Origin: Clostridia bacterium
Lineage (GTDB): Bacteria > Bacillota > Clostridia > Christensenellales > CAG-138
DNA length: 64,000 nucleotides
Reading direction: 5' to 3'
NCBI GenBank assembly: GCA_017435905.1
Contig: JAFSEB010000075.1
Coordinates: 4,452-68,451, forward strand
Shown one piece after another: positions 29,893-36,520 of this stretch. The translations under genes and the position numbers were made by a program. Positions within the stretch are counted from its first letter, which is position 1. Every line of letters begins with the position of its first letter. Below the pieces are notes generated by a model that searched no databases, was not told the DNA's origin, and saw only the letters and a program-made list of their open reading frames with translations.

Positions 29893-31416
29893 ATGGTATT
29901 TGAAGATAAACTTTGGATCGCAAAAAGCGGAGAAGAACGTGTGTGCATGGAACTGCGCATGTGCAATCGCCACGGTCTTATTGCAGGTGCCAGCGGCACC
30001 GGTAAAACCGTCACCCTAAAGGTGATGGCGGAATCCTTCAGCGAAATGGGCGTTCCTGTGTTCCTTGCGGATATCAAGGGCGACCTTTCCGGTATGTGCC
30101 GACCCGGTCAGCACAATGACAATATGGAAAAGCGCATCACCAAGTTCGGTCTTGATGATTGGCGCTACCGTGCTTTCCCAACCTGCTTCTGGGATGTTTA
30201 CGGCGAGGGCGGACACCCGGTGCGTACCACTGTTTCCGAAATGGGCCCCGATCTCCTCGCAAGGCTCATGCAGCTGACGGAAGTGCAGACGGATGTGCTT
30301 CGCATCGTCTTCCGCATTGCGGATGATAAGGAACTTCTTCTGATTGATGTGAAAGACCTTCGTGCCATGCTTCGCCATATCAGCGAAAACAGGGCAGACT
30401 ACTGCAATGAGTACGGCAACATGTCTGCACAGAGCCTTGCAGGCATTCAGCGTGCGCTTCTTGTGCTTGAGGATGTGGGCGGCGATGTATTCTTCGGTGA
30501 GCCTGCCATCGATATCCACGACTGGATGCGCACCGATGAAAACGGCCGTGGCTATATCAATGTGCTCCACAGCGTGAAACTTGTGCAGAACCAAACGCTT
30601 TACGCCACCTTCATGCTGTTCCTGATGTCTGAACTCTTTGAACAGCTTCCGGAAGCCGGCGATGCGGATAAACCGAAGATCGTTTTCTTCTTTGACGAAG
30701 CACATCTTCTCTTTACCGATGCGCCGAAAGTGCTGCTTCAGAAGATCGAGCAGGTGGTGAAGCTGATCCGATCCAAGGGTGTTGGTATCTACTTCATCTC
30801 GCAGAGCCCCAGCGATGTGCCGGATTCCGTGCTTGCGCAGCTGTCGAACCGTGTGCAGCATGCACTTCGTGCCTATACGCCTGCAGAGCAGAAGGCGGTC
30901 AGAACGGCCGCACAAACCTTCCGCCCCAATCCTGCGTTTAAGACCGAGGATGTCATCACCGAGCTTGGTGTGGGTGAAGCCCTTGTTTCATTCCTTGATG
31001 AAGAAGGTCGTCCCGGAATCGTGCAGCAGGCGTTCATTCTGCCGCCGCAAAGCCTGATGGGACCCGTTGAGGAGGAACGCCGCAAAGCGGTGATGGAATG
31101 CAGCGAAATGGCCGAGAAGTACGACAAGGCCATCGACCGTGAATCCGCATACGAGCATTTTGAAGAGGAACGTGCGGCGGAGGAAGAAGCTGCCGCAAAG
31201 GAAGAGGAGCAGGCGGAAAAGGAAGCCGAAAAAGCCAAAAAGGCTGCAGCAAAGGAAAAGAAGACAGCAGCTAAAAAAACAACTTCCTCAAAGAAAAAAA
31301 CTGCAAGCAAAGCAGGAAAGGCTCTTTCCAAGGCTACTTCCAGCGCCATGAACACCATTGGCCGAGAAGTCGGAAAGAAAATCGTAAGAGGCTTGTTTGG
31401 CTCTATTAAATGGTAA
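29893..31416 (+). CDS. yjgR: YjgR/DUF853 HerA-like P-loop ATPase
   Basis: Collinear with E. coli YjgR as I recall it: NRHGLIAGASGTGKTVTLKVMAESFSEMGVPVFLADIKGDLSG, KPKIVFFFDEAHLLF, IRSKGVGIYFISQSPSDVPD, NRVQHALRAYTP, and a Lys-rich C-terminal tail. Confidence 0.85.
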   Translation: MVFEDKLWIAKSGEERVCMELRMCNRHGLIAGASGTGKTVTLKVMAESFSEMGVPVFLADIKGDLSGMCRPGQHNDNMEKRITKFGLDDWRYRAFPTCFWDVYGEGGHPVRTTVSEMGPDLLARLMQLTEVQTDVLRIVFRIADDKELLLIDVKDLRAMLRHISENRADYCNEYGNMSAQSLAGIQRALLVLEDVGGDVFFGEPAIDIHDWMRTDENGRGYINVLHSVKLVQNQTLYATFMLFLMSELFEQLPEAGDADKPKIVFFFDEAHLLFTDAPKVLLQKIEQVVKLIRSKGVGIYFISQSPSDVPDSVLAQLSNRVQHALRAYTPAEQKAVRTAAQTFRPNPAFKTEDVITELGVGEALVSFLDEEGRPGIVQQAFILPPQSLMGPVEEERRKAVMECSEMAEKYDKAIDRESAYEHFEEERAAEEEAAAKEEEQAEKEAEKAKKAAAKEKKTAAKKTTSSKKKTASKAGKALSKATSSAMNTIGREVGKKIVRGLFGSIKW

Positions 31417-31424
31417 ACAGAAAT

Positions 31425-31460
31425 CAAAAAACCGGATGCTGACTGCATCCGGTTTTTTTA
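31425..31460. terminator. Bidirectional rho-independent terminator (yjgR-like / sulP convergent pair)
   Basis: AAAAAA-CCGGATGC-TGACT-GCATCCGG-TTTTTTT. Confidence 0.85.
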
Positions 31461-31471
31461 AATGCGGTTTG

Positions 31472-33100
31472 TTATTTGTTCAGTGCTGCAGCACGGGCGA
31501 GTGCGGCATCGATGTTCGGGCAGATGTTTTCTTCGCCGAGTTCTTTGAGAAGACCGGCCTTTTCAAGAGACTTCATGGGCTGCTCGTTGAGGTGGGAGAG
31601 GATCAGCGTGATGCCCTTTTCCTTGCATTCAGCAAAGATACGCTCAAGGTTTTTAAGACCGGTGCTGTCGATGGCGGAAACGCCCTTCATGCGAAGCACG
31701 ATGCAGCTGCGGTCGGATTTAACGGAGATCTTGAGGATCTCGTCCGCCGCACCGAAGAACATGGGGCCGCTCAGCTCGTATACAGCGGTGTTTTCGGGAA
31801 TGTCACGGTATTCGCTGTGATCGCCGTGCTCTTCCCACTTGCGAAGCTTCGTGGTGTCGCTCATGCGCTTCATGAAGAGCACGCAGGCAAGAACCAGGCC
31901 GACTTCAATGGCCACAACAAGGTCGAAGATGACCGTGAGCAGGAAGGTCAGCACAAGAACGAGAACGTCGCTCTTGGGTGCGGTCTTCACAATGTGCAGG
32001 AAGTGGCGCCACTCGCTCATGTTGTAGGCAACCATCAGAAGGATCGCCGCAATGGCAGGCATGGGAATGAGTGCTGCATAGGGCATAAGCACCACAAGAA
32101 CGAGGAGAAGAACGATGGCATGCACGATGCCGACAACGGGGGTGCGGCCGCCGTTTTTGATGTTGGCAGCGGTACGGGCGATGGCACCGGTGGCAGGAAT
32201 GCCGCCAAAGAGTGCGGAACCGATGTTGCCGATACCCTGCGCCACGAGTTCCATGTTGGAATTGTGTTTGGCGCCGATCATACCGTCGGCCACAACGCAG
32301 GAGAGCAGGGACTCGATCGCAGCAAGGATGGCGATGGTAAATGCATCGGGAAGGAGCGCACCGATGGTGGAAAGGCTCAGATCGGGTGCGGTGAACTTCG
32401 GCAGGCTGCTGCTGATGGTGTAAAGATCGCCGATGGTGTTGACGGGCAGCTTTGCAAGCTTCACAAGCAGCACGCTGACGATGATCGCCACAAGGGAGCC
32501 CGGGATCTTCTTGCTGGCATAGGGCCAAAGGATCAGGATCGCAAGGCAGATGCCGCCAACAAGCAGCGCATAGGGATTGAAGGAGGAAAAGTTAGCGAAA
32601 AGGGCTTCCGCCTTTTCCATTGTTTCCACAGCAACGGTACCTTCTGCATAGGTAATGCCAAAGAAATCCTTCAGCTGACCGATAACGATGGTCACCGCAA
32701 TACCGGAGGTAAAGCCGGTGGTGATGGTATACGGAATGAAGCGGATCAGGCTGCCAAGCTTGAATACGCCCATCAGCACAAGAATAATGCCTGCCATGAT
32801 GGTGGCAACGGCAAGACCGCTCAGACCGTTAACGGCAACAATACCGGCAACGATGGTTGCAAAAGCGGCGGTAGGGCCGGAGATCTGCACCTTGCTGCCG
32901 CCGAAAGCGGAGATCAGAAAACCGGCAATAATCGCAGTGTAAAGGCCCTGTTCGGGATTCACGCCGGATGCAAGTGCAAGGGCAATGGAAAGGGGCAGGG
33001 CGATGATTGCCACGATAAGACCGGCGATCAGATCCTTAACGAGTTGTTCTTTGCTGTAGCTTTTCAGAGAAAGCAGCAATTCGGGTTTGAAGGATTTCAT
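31472..33100 (-). CDS. SulP-family inorganic anion transporter with C-terminal STAS domain
   Basis: The 542-aa product starts MKSFKPELLLSLKSYSKEQLVKDLIAGLIVAIIALPLSIALALASGV and has about 11 hydrophobic helices. The C-terminal STAS region reads ...ILRMKGVSAIDSTGLKNLERIFAECKEKGITLILSHLNEQP. Confidence 0.9.
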   Translation of the reverse strand: MKSFKPELLLSLKSYSKEQLVKDLIAGLIVAIIALPLSIALALASGVNPEQGLYTAIIAGFLISAFGGSKVQISGPTAAFATIVAGIVAVNGLSGLAVATIMAGIILVLMGVFKLGSLIRFIPYTITTGFTSGIAVTIVIGQLKDFFGITYAEGTVAVETMEKAEALFANFSSFNPYALLVGGICLAILILWPYASKKIPGSLVAIIVSVLLVKLAKLPVNTIGDLYTISSSLPKFTAPDLSLSTIGALLPDAFTIAILAAIESLLSCVVADGMIGAKHNSNMELVAQGIGNIGSALFGGIPATGAIARTAANIKNGGRTPVVGIVHAIVLLLVLVVLMPYAALIPMPAIAAILLMVAYNMSEWRHFLHIVKTAPKSDVLVLVLTFLLTVIFDLVVAIEVGLVLACVLFMKRMSDTTKLRKWEEHGDHSEYRDIPENTAVYELSGPMFFGAADEILKISVKSDRSCIVLRMKGVSAIDSTGLKNLERIFAECKEKGITLILSHLNEQPMKSLEKAGLLKELGEENICPNIDAALARAAALNK

Positions 33101-33430
33101 GATGATGGCACCTCAAAAATGCGCAGAAAAGCGCATAGTTTTGCCGGGGTGACCAATATAATCCGAACCCGCCAAAGGCGGCTGTAACGGCGAACTGCAG
33201 CGTTGTCGGTGTTTGAAACAGCACCATTATTCCTGCACACTCCTCCTTGCATCTTATCCGTTCCTGCCGGCTTTGGTCTGAAAGATTTTTCGCTGTCGGA
33301 GGGTATGCAGGAGCAAGGAAGACGAAGGAGGCATACCCGTAGGTATTCCGACTGAGGATGACGCAGCTATTGCGCAGCATACGGCTGCGAAAAACGTGGT
33401 TCGTATTATATTGATCACCCTATGGCAAAC
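33101..33430 (-). promoter_or_regulatory. Long structured 5' leader of sulP; unclassified candidate cis-regulatory RNA
   Basis: A closing helix of about 29 bp pairs 33398-33430 with 33138-33170. It encloses about 230 nt that contain several hairpins. A GC hairpin plus U4 (33115-33136) follows, directly against the SD GAGGUG (33109-33114). Confidence 0.5.
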
Positions 33431-33436
33431 GGATTG

Positions 33437-33465
33437 ATTGTATCAAAGTTTCGCACGGGAAACAA
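33437..33465 (-). promoter_or_regulatory. Extended -10 promoter for the sulP leader
   Basis: On the minus strand: TTGTTT (33465-33460), a 17-nt spacer, then TGaTACAAT (33445-33437). The predicted TSS is near 33430. Confidence 0.5.
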
Positions 33466-33477
33466 GGGGGAAGATGG

Positions 33478-33517
33478 CAAAAAGCACGGGTTTTCAGAAG
33501 AAAACCCGTGCTTTTTA
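33478..33517 (-). terminator. Rho-independent terminator of the P-type ATPase gene (symmetric hairpin)
   Basis: AGCACGGGTTTTC-AGAA-GAAAACCCGTGCT, flanked by an A-run and a T-run, 10 nt after the ATPase stop. Confidence 0.85.
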
Positions 33518-33527
33518 TACTCAGTGC

Positions 33528-36158
33528 TTATTTCTTTGCGCTCTTGCGCTGAATGAACTTCACAAGCTCCACAACGGGGATCACAAGTACCGCAAGGATC
33601 ATTGCGACCGCATACTCAACGAAGCTGATGTGCTCGAAACCGAAGGCATCTGAAATGCCGGGAAGGTAGATGACAGCGGTGGTCAGCAGCAGGCTCAGAC
33701 CCATAGCGCCCCAAAGGACCATGTTGTGGGACTTCAGGCTGAAGATGCTGCCACGCTGGCTCCTCAGGTTGAAGCTGTGGAAGATCTCCGCCATGCTCAT
33801 GGTGAGGAACGCCATGGTCATACCGTCGGCGCTTTCTGCAATTTCCCAAACACCGGATTCAATGTAGTGGCCGATGAAGTAAGCGGCAAGGGTCAGCACG
33901 GTGACCATAACGCCCTGATAGGCAACATCAAAGCCAAGACCGCCGGAGAAGATGCCGTCCTTGGTGCTGCGGGGCTTGCGCTGCATGAGGTCGGGCTCAC
34001 CCTTTTCCATGCCGAGGGCAAGGGCGGGGAAGCAGTCGGTGATCAGGTTGATCCAAAGAAGGTGTACGGGCTTCAGAATGACAAAGCCGAGCAGCGTTGC
34101 GAAGAAGACGCTGAGCACCTCGCTCATGTTGGAACCGAGCAGGAACTGGATGGCCTTGCGGATGTTGTCATAGATCCTGCGGCCTTCGCCGACAGCGCCA
34201 ACGATGGTGGCAAAGTTATCATCGGAAAGGACCATGTCCGCAACGTTCTTGGTAACGTCGGTGCCGGTGATGCCCATACCAACGCCGATATCGGCGCTCT
34301 TGATGCTGGGAGCATCGTTGACGCCGTCACCGGTCATAGCGGTGATGCAGCCCTGTTCACGCCATGCGTTGACAATACGCACTTTGTGTTCAGGCTGTAC
34401 ACGGGCGTAGACGCTGTACTTGGTAATGTTGGCGTTGAGTTCTTCCTCGCTCATGGCGGAAAGGTCGCTGCCGGTAAGCGCCTGACTTTCATCCTCAAGA
34501 ATGCCAAGCTCCTTGGCAATGGCAACGGCGGTATCCTTATGGTCGCCCGTGATCATAATGGGGCGGATACCGGCGGTGCGGCATTCTGCAATGGCGTCCT
34601 TTACTTCGGGACGGATGGGATCGATCATACCCGCAAGGCCAAGGAAGGTAAGTTCGTTTTCGATGGCTTCGGGGGAAATGTCGGAAGGCAGGGAAGTATA
34701 CCTGCGCTCGGCGGCACAAAGCACACGGAGAGCTCTGTCGGCCATGCTCTTGTTCGCAGCAAGGATCGCATGGCGCATCGCATCGGTCATGGGGTGGACG
34801 TCGCCATCCTTTTTGTAAGCGGAGCAGCGCTTGAGCACTTCGTCGGGAGCACCCTTGGTGTACTGAACAAAACCGTTTTCCGTTTTGTGCACCGTGCTCA
34901 TCATTTTGCGCATGCTGTCAAAGGGCGCCTCTTCCACACGGGGGGTGGCAGCCTCAAGAGCGGACTTATGGAGGGAAAGACGGGTCGCCCAGTTAACAAG
35001 GGCACACTCGGTGGGTTCGCCGACCGCATCGCCGTTTTCATCGGGCGCAGCATCGGAACAAAGCGCCATGCCGATGGCAGTGGCTTCTTCTTCACCGTAG
35101 TAGTCCACAACGGTCATCTTGTTCTGGGTAAGGGTACCGGTCTTGTCGCTGCAGATGACCTGTGCACAGCCGAGGGTCTCAACGGCGGTAAGCCTGCGGA
35201 TGACGGCGTTGCGCTTGGACATATTCGTTACACCGATGGAAAGCACGATGGTAACGACTGTGGCAAGACCTTCGGGAATGGCAGCAACAGCAAGGCTGAC
35301 GGCGACCATGAAGGTGCTGATGATCACATCAAGGTGGAAGTCGCCTTCCTTCAGCAGGCTGAAAGCGAAGATGAAAATGCAGATACCGAGCACGATAAAG
35401 CTCAGGACCCTGCTCAGCTGGCCAAGCTTGATCTGAAGCGGCGTTTCACCGTCTTCGGCGGCTGCAAGGGCATCAGCGATCTTGCCCATTTCGGTCTCCA
35501 TGCCGGTGGCGGTAATGACTGCACGGCCACGACCGTAAACGATGGTGCTGCCCATGTAGACCATGTTTCGGCGGTCGCCGAGGGGAACGTCATTGTTCTC
35601 CTTCATCATAAGCGCCTGCACGGCCTTTTCTACGGGAACGCTTTCACCGGTGAGGGCAGCCTCTTCCGCCTTCAGGCTTGCGGATTCAATGATGCGTGCA
35701 TCGGCAGGAACGGCATCGCCTGCCTCAAGGATGATGATGTCGCCGGGCACAAGGGCTTCGCTCTTGACGGTGATCTGCTTTCCGTCACGAAGCACTTTAC
35801 TTGTTGCGGCGGTCATTGCCTGCAGCGCTTCGATGGCTTTTTCAGCCTTGCTTTCCTGATAAACGCCAAGAACAGCGTTGATGAGCACAACGATCAGAAT
35901 GATGAAAACATCCGCAAAGCTTTCGTTGCTGTAGGCGGCGGTGATGCCGGATACGGCAGCAGCTACGAGGAGGATGATGATCATCGGGTCTTTCAGCTGG
36001 TCAAGGAAACGCTCAAAAAGGGTTGCTTTTTTCGCTTCCTTCAGCTTGTTGGGACCGTGTTTGGCAAGACGGGCTTCCGCCTCTTTTGCGCTCAGGCCGG
36101 AAGCTTCTGCATTCAGGCCAGCAAGAACTTCCGTGGGTTCCGCACAGTAATACTTCAA
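33528..36158 (-). CDS. PII-type cation-transporting P-type ATPase (Ca2+/Mn2+ class)
   Basis: DKTGTLT phosphorylation site (ICSDKTGTLTQNKM), TGES, MITGDHKDTA and TGDGVNDAPS. TTG start with an AAAGGAAGG RBS. Confidence 0.9.
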   Translation of the reverse strand: MKYYCAEPTEVLAGLNAEASGLSAKEAEARLAKHGPNKLKEAKKATLFERFLDQLKDPMIIILLVAAAVSGITAAYSNESFADVFIILIVVLINAVLGVYQESKAEKAIEALQAMTAATSKVLRDGKQITVKSEALVPGDIIILEAGDAVPADARIIESASLKAEEAALTGESVPVEKAVQALMMKENNDVPLGDRRNMVYMGSTIVYGRGRAVITATGMETEMGKIADALAAAEDGETPLQIKLGQLSRVLSFIVLGICIFIFAFSLLKEGDFHLDVIISTFMVAVSLAVAAIPEGLATVVTIVLSIGVTNMSKRNAVIRRLTAVETLGCAQVICSDKTGTLTQNKMTVVDYYGEEEATAIGMALCSDAAPDENGDAVGEPTECALVNWATRLSLHKSALEAATPRVEEAPFDSMRKMMSTVHKTENGFVQYTKGAPDEVLKRCSAYKKDGDVHPMTDAMRHAILAANKSMADRALRVLCAAERRYTSLPSDISPEAIENELTFLGLAGMIDPIRPEVKDAIAECRTAGIRPIMITGDHKDTAVAIAKELGILEDESQALTGSDLSAMSEEELNANITKYSVYARVQPEHKVRIVNAWREQGCITAMTGDGVNDAPSIKSADIGVGMGITGTDVTKNVADMVLSDDNFATIVGAVGEGRRIYDNIRKAIQFLLGSNMSEVLSVFFATLLGFVILKPVHLLWINLITDCFPALALGMEKGEPDLMQRKPRSTKDGIFSGGLGFDVAYQGVMVTVLTLAAYFIGHYIESGVWEIAESADGMTMAFLTMSMAEIFHSFNLRSQRGSIFSLKSHNMVLWGAMGLSLLLTTAVIYLPGISDAFGFEHISFVEYAVAMILAVLVIPVVELVKFIQRKSAKK

Positions 36159-36232
36159 ATTGGGTGCCTTCCTTTCATGATGGTTTTAGGGTGCAGAATA
36201 CAACTGTCAATAATATCCCACAGGGAGAAACA

Positions 36233-36355
36233 AAAAACTCATGTGCAGGGGTAAGTCTGCACATGAGTCTCGTTTTTTCATTTAAGCCAGGCATTGCTGC
36301 CACGATGTTGGACTTAAACCATGCGGTGCATGGTAACTACTCCCCCATGAGATAT
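36233..36355 (-). promoter_or_regulatory. yybP-ykoY (Mn2+) riboswitch aptamer (36262-36355) with terminator expression platform (36233-36267)
   Basis: The minus-strand RNA reads CAUGGGGGAGUAG-[ACCAUGC-ACC-GCAUGGU]-UUUAAG...ACAU...[GGCA-GCAA-UGCC]...CUUAAA...ACGAGACUCAUG. This carries the conserved GGGGAGUAG and GAGAC elements. It is followed by CUCAUGUGCAG-ACUUACCC-CUGCACAUGAG-UUUUUU. Confidence 0.8.
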
Positions 36356-36368
36356 TCAATTACTTGGT

Positions 36369-36397
36369 ATTATATTGAAAAACAGACCAAAAATCAA
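36369..36397 (-). promoter_or_regulatory. Sigma-A promoter driving the riboswitch and ATPase
   Basis: On the minus strand: TTGATT (36397-36392), a 17-nt spacer, then TATAAT (36374-36369). Confidence 0.7.
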
Positions 36398-36520
36398 GTC
36401 CTCCATAAAAAACACAAAATCTCATTGCTGCAACACAGCGGAACGAATATAAAAAACGTGGGGAACAGGGCGTATCGTTGACAGTTAACCTGCCTGAGAG
36501 ATTTAATTTACTTAAATAAT

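Noticed and set aside
33036-33380. A 114-aa minus-strand ORF spans the sulP leader and overlaps the sulP start. An internal AUG lies after AAGGAGGAG.
   Set aside because: The ORF runs through the predicted RNA helices and has a 14-nt SD-AUG spacing. It overlaps sulP out of frame and has a Cys/His/Phe-rich, non-protein-like composition. It is most likely fortuitous, although a regulatory uORF cannot be excluded.
33138-33430. The sulP-leader element might be a known housekeeping RNA (SRP/4.5S, 6S, RNase P, tmRNA) or a group II intron remnant, because AGCCGUAUG resembles the 5' arm of domain V.
   Set aside because: There is no SRP helix-8 motif (GGAAGGAAGCAGC-like), no RNase P GAGGAAAGUCC, and no tmRNA tag or CCA end. 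The sequence after AGCCGUAUG is a repeat (GCUGCG...GCUGCG) rather than the complementary arm needed for domain V. 6S RNA cannot be strictly excluded from sequence alone. However, the position between a promoter and the sulP RBS favours a leader.
33138-33430. The inverted repeats of 22-30 bp flanking about 230 bp could be the terminal inverted repeats of a MITE.
   Set aside because: This is not fully rejected. I see no flanking direct duplication, no second copy in the 64 kb, and the outer end of the repeat coincides with a predicted TSS. It is kept as the alternative hypothesis in the finding.
33726-36254. Very long antisense ORFs opposite real genes. Examples are the 842-aa ORF 33726-36254 (+) opposite the ATPase, 691 aa at 3950-6025 (-), 596 aa at 31397-33187 (+), 717 aa at 51874-54027 (-), 412 aa at 2853-4091 (-), 448 aa at 15140-16486 (-) and 404 aa at 62289-63503 (+).
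   Set aside because: Each lies exactly opposite a gene with unmistakable conserved motifs. Their products are low-complexity (G/A/H/D/R/C-rich) with no motifs, RBS or sensible starts. Codon usage here avoids TTA, CTA and TCA in frame, which removes stop codons from the antisense frame and generates 'shadow' ORFs.
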